Positions 36,801 to 46,926 of a stretch of DNA of 60,196 nucleotides are shown in pieces. The position numbers were made by a program, and so were the translations under genes. The first letter of the stretch is position 1, and each line of letters starts with the position of its first letter. Source of the DNA: Macrostomum lignano (lineage: Eukaryota); the NCBI GenBank assembly GCA_002269645.1, contig NIVC01001469.1, forward strand, positions 1 through 60,196, given 5' to 3'. The notes under the pieces are model-generated. The model saw only the letters and a program-made list of their open reading frames with translations. It searched no databases and had not been told where the DNA came from.

Positions 36801-39800
36801 TCTGCAGATCTGAGAGGGGGCGGCCTAGTCTGGGGATCTGAGAGGGGGCGGCCTAGTCTGGGGATCTGAGAGGGGGCGGCCTAGTCTGGGGATCTGAGAG
36901 GGGGCGGCCTAGTCTGCAGATCTGAGAGGGGGCGGCCTAGTCTGCAGATCTGAGAGGGGCGGCCTAGTCTGGGGATCTGAGAGGGGGCGGCCTAGTCTGG
37001 GGATCTGAGAGGGGGCGGCCTAGTCTGCAGATCTGAGAGGGGGCGGCCTAGTCTGCGGATCTGAGAGGGTGGCGGCCTAGTCTGGGGATCTGAGAGGGGA
37101 CGGCCTAGTCTGGGGATCTGAGAGGTTGGTACTTAGTCTGCAGATCTGAGAGGGGGCGGCCTAGTCTGCAGATCTGAGAGGGGGCGGCCTAGTCTGCGGA
37201 TCTGAGAGGGTGGCGGCCTAGTCTGGGGATCTGAGAGGGGACGGCCTAGTCTGGGGATCTGAGAGGTTGGTACTTAGTCTGCAGATCTGAGAGGGGGCGG
37301 CCTAGTCTGCAGATCTGAGAGGGCGGCCTAGTCTGGGGATCTGAGAGGGGGCGGCCTAGTCTGGGGATCTGAGAGGGGACGGCCTAGTCTGGGGATCTGA
37401 GAGGTTGGTACTTAGTCTGCAGATCTGAGAGGGGGCGGCCTAGTCTGCAGATCTGAGAGGGGGCGGCCTAGTCTGGGGATCTGAGAGGGGGCGGCCTAGT
37501 CTGGGGATCTGAGAGGGGGCGGCCTAGTCTGCAGATCTGAGAGGGGGCGGCCTAGTCTGCGGATCTGAGAGGGGGCGGCCTAGTCTGGGGATCTGAGAGG
37601 GGTACTAGTCTGCAGATCTGAGAGGGGGCGGCCTAGTCTGCAGATCTGAGAGGGGGCGGCCTAGTCTGGGGATCTGAGAGGGGGCGGCCTAGTCTGGGGA
37701 TCTGAGAGGGGGCGGCCTAGTCTGCAGATCTGAGAGGGGGCGGCCTAGTCTGCGGATCTGAGAGGGGGCGGCCTAGTCTGGGGATCTGAGAGGGGACGGC
37801 CTAGTCTGGGGATCTGAGAGGTTGGTACTTAGTCTGCAGATCTGAGAGGGGGCGGCCTAGTCTGCAGATCTGAGAGGGGGCGGCCTAGTCTGCGGATCTG
37901 AGAGGGGGCGGCCTAGTCTGCAGATCTGAGAGGGGGCGGCCTAGTCTGGGGATCTGAGAGGGGCGGCCTAGTCTGCGGATCTGAGAGGGGGCGGCCTAGT
38001 CTGCAGATCTGAGAGGGGGCGGCCTAGTCTGCGGATCTGAGAGGGGGCGGCCTAGTCTGGGGATCTGAGAGGGGACGGCCTAGTCTGGGGATCTGAGAGG
38101 TTGGTACTTAGTCTGCAGATCTGAGAGGGGGCGGCCTAGTCTGGGGATCTGAGAGGGGGCGGCCTAGTCCGGGGATCTGAGAGGGGGCGGCCTAGTCTGG
38201 GGATCTGAGAGGGGACGGCCTAGTCTGGGGATCTGAGAGGGGGCGGCCTAGTCTGCAGATCTGAGAGAAAGGCGGCCTAGTCTGGGGATCTGAGAGGGGG
38301 CGGCCTAGTCTGGGGATCTGAGAGGGGGCGGCCTAGTCTGGGGATCTGAGAGGGGACGGCCTAGTCTGGGATCTGAGAGGTTGGTACTTAGTCTGCAGAT
38401 CTGAGAGGGGGCGGCCTAGTCTGCAGATCTGAGAGGGGGCGGCCTAGTCTGGGGATCTGAGAGGGGGCGGCCTAGTCTGCAGATCTGAGAGGGGGCGGCC
38501 TAGTCTGCGGATCTGAGAGGGTGGCGGCCTAGTCTGGGGATCTGAGAGGGGACGGCCTAGTCTGGGGATCTGAGAGGTTGGTACTTAGTCTGCAGATCTG
38601 AGAGGGGGCGGCCTAGTCTGCAGATCTGAGAGGGGGCGGCCTAGTCTGCGGATCTGAGAGGGGGCGGCCTAGTCTGCAGATCTGAGAGGGGGCGGCCTAG
38701 TCTGCGGATCTGAGAGGGGACGGCCTAGTCTGCGGATCTGAGAGGGGGCGGCCTAGTCTGCAGATCTGAGAGGGGGCGGCCTAGTCTGCGGATCTGAGAG
38801 GGTGGCGGCCTAGTCTGGGGATCTGAGAGGGGACGGCCTAGTCTGGGGATCTGAGAGGTTGGTACTTAGTCTGCAGATCTGAGAGGGGGCGGCCTAGTCT
38901 GCAGATCTGAGAGGGGGCGGCCTAGTCTGCAGATCTGAGAGGGGCGGCCTAGTCTGGGGATCTGAGAGGGGGCGGCCTAGTCTGGGGATCTGAGAGGGGG
39001 CGGCCTAGTCTGGGGATCTGAGAGGGGGCGGCCTAGTCTGCAGATCTGAGAGGGGCGGCCTAGTCTGCAGATCTGAGAGGGGGCGGCCTAGTCTGGGATC
39101 TGAGAGGGGGCGGCCTAGTCTGCAGATCTGAGAGGGGCGGCCTAGTCTGCGGATCTGAGAGGGGGCGGCCTAGTCTGGGGATCTGAGAGGGGACGGCCTA
39201 GTCTGCGGATCTGAGAGGTTGGTACTTAGTCTGCAGATCTGAGAGGGGGCGGCCTAGTCTGCAGATCTGAGAGGGCGGCCTAGTCTGGGGATCTGAGAGG
39301 GGGCGGCCTAGTCTGGGGATCTGAGAGGGGGCGGCCTAGTCTGGGGATCTGAGAGGTTGGTACTTAGTCTGCAGATCTGAGAGGGGGCGGCCTAGTCTGG
39401 GGATCTGAGAGGGGCGGCCTAGTCTGGGGATCTGAGAGGGGCGGCCTAGTCTGGGGATCTGAGAGGGGGCGGCCTAGTCTGCAGATCTGAGAGGGGGCGG
39501 CCTAGTCTGCAGATCTGAGAGGGGCGGCCTAGTCTGGGGATCTGAGAGGGGCGGCCTAGTCTGGGGATCTGAGAGGGGGCGGCCTAGTCTGCAGATCTGA
39601 GAGGGGGCGGCCTAGTCTGCGGATCTGAGAGGGTGGCGGCCTAGTCTGGGGATCTGAGAGGGGACGGCCTAGTCTGGGGATCTGAGAGGTTGGTACTTAG
39701 TCTGCAGATCTGAGAGGGGGCGGCCTAGTCTGCAGATCTGAGAGGGGGCGGCCTAGTCTGCGGATCTGAGAGGGTGGCGGCCTAGTCTGGGGATCTGAGA

Positions 39801-41886
39801 GGGGACGGCCTAGTCTGGGGATCTGAGAGGTTGGTACTTAGTCTGCAGATCTGAGAGGGGCGGCCTAGTCTGCAGATCTGAGAGGGCGGCCTAGTCTGGG
39901 GATCTGAGAGGGGGCGGCCTAGTCTGGGGATCTGAGAGGGGACGGCCTAGTCTGGGGATCTGAGAGGTTGGTACTTAGTCTGCAGATCTGAGAGGGGGCG
40001 GCCTAGTCTGCAGATCTGAGAGGGGGCGGCCTAGTCTGGGGATCTGAGAGGGGGCGGCCTAGTCTGGGGATCTGAGAGGGGGCGGCCTAGTCTGCAGATC
40101 TGAGAGGGGGCGGCCTAGTCTGCGGATCTGAGAGGGTGGCGGCCTAGTCTGGGGATCTGAGAGGGGGGCCTAGTCTGGGGATCTGAGAGGTTGGTACTTA
40201 GTCTGCAGATCTGAGAGGGGGCGGCCTAGTCTGCAGATCTGAGAGGGGGCGGCCTAGTCTGCGGATCTGAGAGGGGGCGGCCTAGTCTGCAGATCTGAGA
40301 GGGGGCGGCCTAGTCTGCGGATCTGAGAGGGGCGGCCTAGTCTGCGGATCTGAGAGGGGGCGGCCTAGTCTGCGGATCTGAGAGGGGGCGGCCTAGTCTG
40401 CAGATCTGAGAGGGGGCGGCCTAGTCTGCGGATCTGAGAGGGGGCGGCCTAGTCTGGGGATCTGAGAGGGGACGGCCTAGTCTGGGGATCTGAGAGGGGT
40501 ACTTAGTCTGCAGATCTGAGAGGGGGCGGCCTAGTCTGGGGATCTGAGAGGGGGCGGCCTAGTCTGGGGATCTGAGAGGGGGCGGCCTAGTCTGGGGATC
40601 TGAGAGGGGGCGGCCTAGTCTGCAGATCTGAGAGGGCGGCCTAGTCTGGGGATCTGAGAGGGGGCGGCCTAGTCTGGGGATCTGAGAGGGGGCGGCCTAG
40701 TCTGGGGATCTGAGAGGGGACGGCCTAGTCTGGGGATCTGAGAGGTTGGTACTTAGTCTGCAGATCTGAGAGGGGGCGGCCTAGTCTGCAGATCTGAGAG
40801 GGGGCGGCCTAGTCTGGGGATCTGAGAGGGGGCGGCCTAGTCTGCAGATCTGAGAGGGGGCGGCCTAGTCTGCGGATCTGAGAGGGTGGCGGCCTAGTCT
40901 GGGGATCTGAGAGGGGACGGCCTAGTCTGGGGATCTGAGAGGTTGGTACTTAGTCTGCAGATCTGAGAGGGGGCGGCCTAGTCTGCAGATCTGAGAGGGG
41001 GCGGCCTAGTCTGCGGATCTGAGAGGGGGCGGCCTAGTCTGCAGATCTGAGAGGGGCGGCCTAGTCTGCGGATCTGAGAGGGGACGGCCTAGTCTGCGGA
41101 TCTGAGAGGGGGCGGCCTAGTCTGCAGATCTGAGAGGGGGCGGCCTAGTCTGCGGATCTGAGAGGGTGGCGGCCTAGTCTGGGGATCTGAGAGGGGACGG
41201 CCTAGTCTGGGGATCTGAGAGGTTGGTACTTAGTCTGCAGATCTGAGAGGGGGCGGCCTAGTCTGCAGATCTGAGAGAAAGGCGGCCTAGTCTGGGGATC
41301 TGAGAGGGGGCGGCCTAGTCTGGGGATCTGAGAGGGGGCGGCCTAGTCTGGGGATCTGAGAGGGGACGGCCTAGTCTGGGGATCTGAGAGGTTGGTACTT
41401 AGTCTGCAGATCTGAGAGGGGGCGGCCTAGTCTGCAGATCTGAGAGGGGGCGGCCTAGTCTGCGGATCTGAGAGGGGGCGGCCTAGTCTGCAGATCTGAG
41501 AGGGGGCGGCCTAGTCTGCAGATCTGAGAGGGGGCGGCCTAGTCTGCGGATCTGAGAGGGTGGCGGCCTAGTCTGGGGATCTGAGAGGGGACGGCCTAGT
41601 CTGGGGATCTGAGAGGTTGGTACTTAGTCTGCAGATCTGAGAGGGGGCGGCCTAGTCTGCAGATCTGAGAGAAAGGCGGCCTAGTCTGGGGATCTGAGAG
41701 GGGGCGGCCTAGTCTGGGGATCTGAGAGGGGGCGGCCTAGTCTGGGGATCTGAGAGGGGGCGGCCTAGTCTGGGGATCTGAGAGGGGGCGGCCTAGTCTG
41801 GGGATCTGAGAGGGGGCGGCCTAGTCTGCGGATCTGAGAGGGGGGCGGCCTAGTCTGGGGATCTGAGAGGGGGGCGGCCTAGTCTG
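12851..41886 (+). repeat. Giant 28-bp G-rich tandem satellite, ~29.0 kb, roughly 1,040 units
   Basis: Consensus GAGAGGGGGCGGCCTAGTCTG(GG/CA/CG)GATCT. Recurrent variants: GAGAGGTTGGTACTTAGT, GAGAGGGGACGG, GAGAGGGTGGCGG, GAGAGAAAGGCGG. No ORFs, because TAG/TGA occur in every unit and the unit is not a multiple of 3. Confidence 0.99.
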
Positions 41887-42462
41887 AACAAAAGCCTAGA
41901 AATTAAAATGAAGGCTCAAGTGTAAATTAGAAGCATAAATACGAAGCCTTATGGTTTCTTCGTATATGCATAAGCTCAGGAATACTGAGTCGCAACACAG
42001 TGAGCACAGTGAGCACAAGACAGGGACATAGCAAGAAATAAGCGATTTATTGAAACAAAAGATTTGTGTTCCCTAAGTACAACGATTTCATAGTACGCCA
42101 ATCACTCTAGTAATTGGTTATATACTGGTAATCTGAGTATAATGCAGATTCGCTCGCATTTTTACAACCCCCAGAGTTAACTCAACAAATCAGTTACCAT
42201 GTGTACTTTATACAATAGTTAGATCTTTGCAACAAATTGCGTGTAGCTTGATAATATAAAATTTGTTGCATGCACGAAGCACTGAGACCTTGTGCTGGAC
42301 CTTAGATTAGAGTCCTGATACAGGCAAATGAGACCTAATAAGTCAAGTATTGAGAGGTACAGGGGAATGTCAAGCTAATGTAACAGAGCCGCTCACAAAC
42401 AAAAGCTTGAGAGCCAGGCCAAACGCAGTCTTATCTTGCCAGGCATGAAACAGAATAGATTG

Positions 42463-42654
42463 AGAGCAATGGGAAACTCAGGCTTAGATAATTGCTCCAG
42501 GGACAGCTGTGATGTCAACACAAATTTAGACCGTTTTTTTTCCTATGCGGAAAATGCCAAACCACAACAGGCACACGCTTCTTACAAGCTAATCTTTGTG
42601 TGTAGAGACACACCCTCTTTAGTTATTATGGCCATAACAGTTGAATAACAAATT
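42463..42654 (+). repeat. 192-bp direct repeat, left copy (apparent target-site duplication)
   Basis: AGAGCAATGGGAAACTCAGG...GTTGAATAACAAATT, identical by manual comparison to 46246-46437. The ORF track shows the same peptide MGNSGLDNC...MAITVE at both places. Confidence 0.95.
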
Positions 42655-45600
42655 AAATTAAAGTTCTATTAACGCATGGCTCAGATCAGACCTGTCCACC
42701 AGGGACATCTGTGTCATCCAGTCTGAAGACATACTCCCTGGGAGGACTACCCTCATCGCCTCGGTTTACCTACCGGGCGACGGCGAGATGATCCCAGTAG
42801 AGCTTGTCACACTGGTCGAGCTCTGCTCCACCAGAAACTATGAGCTGCTCGTGGCAGGTGACATCAATGCCCACCACACCCACTGGGGCAGTTCTGATAT
42901 AAACCAGAGAGGTGAAGACTTCCTGGCTTATATTGCTACTACAACCCTTGAGTTCTGTAACTCGGGTAGTACCCCTACCTTCAATAACGGACGCCGATCG
43001 GAGGTGCTGGATGCCACCCTCGCCACGCCCAGGCTCTTCCAGAGCACTAGGGAATGGCGGGTGCTTCCTGAGGCGTCCCTCTCCGATCACAAGTTCATCT
43101 CTTTCACGCTGGCCAGCGCCCGTAACGCAGGCCAGCTTTACTGGAAACGGAATGCTAGGAATACCGACTGGACCGCCTTCAGGCTTGCCCTGGAGGAGAC
43201 CTATCGTTGCACTAGCGCTCCAGTCTCCATCAACACCTGCGAAGAAGCAGATGAATTTGCGGCCGCACTTACGGACTCGCTCACTGCTGCCTTCGAAGCC
43301 TCATGCCCACTAAAGGCATATAAAGGCAAACAGTCGGCCCCATGGTGGAACCCGCAGCTTGGCGACCTCCGTCGCAGAGCCAAAAGGCTTCACCGCAGGG
43401 CCCAAAAAACTAAAAACCCGGCCGACCAAACCGCCTACCTGAACTCTATCCACGAGTTCAAGAGGCAGGTTAGGAACGCCAAAACCAACAAGTGGCGCGA
43501 ATACTGTGAGGAACTTGAGGGCTCCCGCCCCACCTCCAGAATCGTTAAAGCCCTCACCCTGGACAAAATGTCCAAACTCTCCTCAGTCAAGAGAGCCGAC
43601 GGCTCGCTCACTGAGAACCCAGGAGAAACACTGGAAGCGATGCTAACAGCGTTTTTCCCGAACGAGCCAGCTAGGCCCGGCCCCCCTGACCACTCAGTGG
43701 GCGGACACGTACTGGCTGACTCAATCATCACGGAGGACCGCGTTACTAAAGCTGTCTCCTCCTTCAAACCCTTCAAATCCCAGGACCGGACGGCGTTGTG
43801 CCAGCCTTCCTGCGGGAGGCGGTGAAATGCACCGGTTTCCTGCGGAACCTTTGCCGGCTTCTGAAAGCCTGCATTGTGCTCGGCTTTGTTCCGAAATCCT
43901 GGACCGAGGCCAAGGTGGTCTTTATCCCAAGCCTGGCCGACCGGACTACCGGTCCATTAAATCCTTCAGACCAATTAGCCTCACCTCCTCATTGGTGAAG
44001 CTGTTAGAGAGACTGGTGCTCTGGCGCCTCCTCTCTGTGGAACTGAAGAACAAGCCGCTCAGTGAGAACCAGCATGCCTTTCGGGCAGGCAGGTCCACGG
44101 AGAGCGCGCTTCACGTTCTGGTTGACATGCTGGAGAAAGCCGTTCTTGGTAATGGCTACGCTCTCGCTGTCTTCCTCGACATTGTTGGAGCCTTCGATAA
44201 TGTCCTCTTTGAGGCCTTTGACAGAGCTCTACGTGCTAGAGGAACCCACTCGCACCTCACCCGGTGGATCATGTATATGATCAGCCACCGTACTGCCACC
44301 GCACACCTGTTGGGCCACCAACGGACGGTAACCGTCTGCAAAGGCAGCCCCCAGGGCGGTGTCCTCTCTCCAGTTCTCTGGAACATGGTCATCGATGAGC
44401 TCCTCCAGGACAGCCATCTTGACCCCATCCTCAAGGTCGGTTACGCCGATGATGTCACAGCCGTGGCATCCGGACCGTCACCTGAAACCCTTAGAGATCT
44501 TTTGCAAAACTTCATTCGCTCTGCTGAACGTTGGGCGGACAGGTGCGGCCTCAGGCTCTCCGAGACCAAAACTGTCGCGATCATGTTCACCAGCAGGGTA
44601 AACTGGCGTATTCGCCCACTAAAGCTTTACGGGGTGGAAATTCCATCCTGCAAGCAAACCAAGTGTCTCGGCGTTACGCTGGACCACCGGCTGAGCTGGT
44701 CCACCCACGTCCAGGCCAAAACCAAAAAAGCCCTCGCGATTCTTGCGCAGCTGCGCAGAGCCGTCGGCACCACCTGGGGCCTCACCCCAAAGCGTCTCTG
44801 GTGGATCTATACCGCAATGGTCCGACCGGCCGTTACATACGCCGGCCTGGTCTGGACCAGCGCCTTGCAGATTAAAACCTGCCACGAAGCCCTCAAAAAG
44901 GTGCAGGGACGTGCGTGCCGCATGATCCTGAATGCCCCGCTCTCTGCTCCCTTTGACGGCCTCAACGCCTTTCTCTGCCTCCCGCCTCTGGACATCTTTG
45001 TCCGTCGCGAGGCTGCTAAAACCACCCGCCGGCTCATCGAGGCTGGTGTTAGCTTCAAGCCACAAAGAGCGATGGCGAAGCGCAAGCTCCTGCCGCACTC
45101 TGACCTGTGCCTTAAAGTTCTGGAGGAGAGTGGGAGTGCGGCTGTCCTTTCGGACGCTGAACCGCGCTCCCTCAACCTCTACCAACGCTTCAAGGTCACG
45201 ATCCCCTCCAGGGAGAACGCCAACGACAGCTGGGCCCCTCAGGAGGTTCACTGCTTCACTGACGGATCCTCCAAAGACGGTTTATCCGGCTTTGGAGTCT
45301 GCATCCTTATCAACGGCCGCGTGATTGCTACTCACGCCCAACACACTGGCAGACTCTCCAGCGTCTTCCAGAATGAAGTCCTTGCCATCAGCTCCTGTGC
45401 AGCTGAGCTCCACCGCAAGGACTTCAAGGACAGAAGAATCTTCTTCCACTCTGACAGCCAGGCCGCTTTACAGGCCCTGTGTCACACCACTACGAACTCC
45501 CGAACAGTCCGCGACTGTATCGGGCAGCTCAACAAGCTGGCTCGGAGGAACACCGTCCGGCTCACGTGGATCCCAGGACACGCCGGCTTCAAAGGTAACG

Positions 45601-46245
45601 AGCTCGCCGACTCCCTCGCTAAGGCGGGCTGTTCCGGCTCGCCCCTTGGCCCCGTGCCCCTGGCCCCCATCCCCGCCACAGTCATTAATCGTCAGATTAA
45701 CGACTGGGCGGACATCCTGCACTTGCGCAGATGGGATGGTATCTCCAACTGCCGCCAATCTCGTGCGGCAGTGCCCAATCCGTCCCTCAAGCTGCGGAGA
45801 ATCCTTTTGAATCAAAATCGAAAAGATATCCGCGCTCTCACTATGACCTTCACAGGTCACGGTTGCTTTGCCAGGCACTGCTTCCTCCGATGTGTTCGCC
45901 GGAGTGAACTCTGCCCCTTCTGCAGCCTCGAGAATGAAGATGCCATGCACTTCGTCTGCTACTGCCCGGCCTTCAACCGAGACCGGCTCAACCACCTCGG
46001 GCCCAACCCGTCCCTGGACGACGTTTGCCGGCCCGAGAACATCCCACGGCTCATCCGGTTCCTCCGGGCCACCAAGCGAGCCTCCGTCTTCCCCACCGAA
46101 GACAACGCTGCAGACAGGACCGGCAGACCTCCCTGACCGGCCCCGCGCCCTAGCCTATGCGGGTCTTTCAGGGATTAGCGGAATGGGCGACGCTCGCCTC
46201 CCCGCTGCGTCTTCGGACCGCCCTGCAGCTAAGTCAAGTAAGTCA
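42655..46245 (+). mobile_element. 5'-truncated non-LTR retrotransposon (LINE) with APE endonuclease, RT, RNase H and C-terminal CCHC knuckle; I-group, LOA/R1/Tad1-like
   Basis: The pol-like frame starts abruptly inside the APE domain right after the left repeat. It is followed by a ~95-nt 3' UTR and a short tandem tail TAAGTCAAGTAAGTCAAG abutting the right repeat. It is GC-rich relative to the AT-rich flanks and antisense to the host aldolase intron. Clade assignment is from domain architecture only. Confidence 0.95.
42662..46136 (+). CDS. Retrotransposon ORF2 (APE-RT-RNaseH-CCHC), split by two 1-nt deletions at ~43780 and ~43928
   Basis: APE: LIASVYLP, VAGDINAHHTHWGS, TPTF..G...LDATL, LSDH. 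Linker: PWWN, KSPGPDG (restored). RT: VVFIPKPG (restored), FRPISLTS, QHAFRAGRST, FLDIVGAFDNV, GSPQGGVLSPVLWN, GYADD. RNase H: CFTDGS, NEVLAI, HSDSQAAL, WIPGHAGFKGNELADSLAK. Knuckle: CPFCSLENEDAMHFVCYC. Confidence 0.93.
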
Positions 46246-46437
46246 AGAGCAATGGGAAACTCAGGCTTAGATAATTGCTCCAGGGACAGCTGTGATGTCA
46301 ACACAAATTTAGACCGTTTTTTTTCCTATGCGGAAAATGCCAAACCACAACAGGCACACGCTTCTTACAAGCTAATCTTTGTGTGTAGAGACACACCCTC
46401 TTTAGTTATTATGGCCATAACAGTTGAATAACAAATT
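46246..46437 (+). repeat. 192-bp direct repeat, right copy (apparent target-site duplication)
   Basis: Identical to 42463-42654. It begins immediately after the element's AAGTC tail and diverges from the left copy right after ...AACAAATT. Confidence 0.95.
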
Positions 46438-46814
46438 TTCATGATAAACAAACACAAACTTTTATGCACCTTTTTGTTAAAAATGTTTTTGTTAAACTGT
46501 GCACTATATCACTATATTTTCCATCTTTCTCTTGTCTATATAGTGCTCTGTCTAAAAAATATTTAATTTCAAACCATATGAGTGGCAGTATCAACTGTTC
46601 AAAATTATGATTGAGCTGATAAAGCCAGAGTCTAACAGGTTTTCAAATCTAAAAAGGATTAAAATAAATAGAATAAAATAAACAAAAACCAATATACTTT
46701 CTGCTCTCTGTCTTTCTTCCAAGTTAAATTTTTTTGACATTGTGAACTCTAAGTAGCTATTTTAACCTCATGGCCAACAAACTATCCTCAGCGCAACAAT
46801 AAAAAAGCAATTAC

Positions 46815-46926
46815 CAGTGCTTTCATCAGCAGCCAAAATTCCACGACCAGGTGCAACAATAGCATTTGCAATGTCCCTTAGCTCTTTTTGCTTCTTAGCA
46901 CTTAGGTATTCAGCAAACTGAGGCAT
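46815..46926 (-). CDS. ALDO: Fructose-bisphosphate aldolase class I, exon 1 (N-terminal 37 codons + 1 nt)
   Basis: Reverse complement reads [38 protein letters not shown]|gtaatt. It is 112 nt, phase 1, and joins exactly to ctaag|GA ACC TGC GGC AAG at 12685 (GTCGKRF). The spliced total is 1,101 nt = 366 aa + stop, a normal aldolase length. Too short for the ORF track. Confidence 0.9.

Larger units (their letters stand above)
12686..46814 (-). other. Aldolase intron 1, 34,129 nt
   Basis: GT at 46814-46813 and AG at 12687-12686. No other aldolase N-terminal exon was seen in the unique sequence between them. Confidence 0.82.

Noticed and set aside
42436-42648. Duplicated small gene MGNSGLDNC...MAITVE (also at the end of 45868-46431)
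   Set aside because: The peptide identity simply reflects the 192-bp nucleotide duplication; there is no sign of real coding.
42463-46437. LTR retrotransposon with 192-bp LTRs
   Set aside because: The domain order APE-RT-RNaseH is non-LTR. There is no protease or integrase, no TG...CA ends, no PBS/PPT, and the element has a 3' tandem tail and a 5' truncation.
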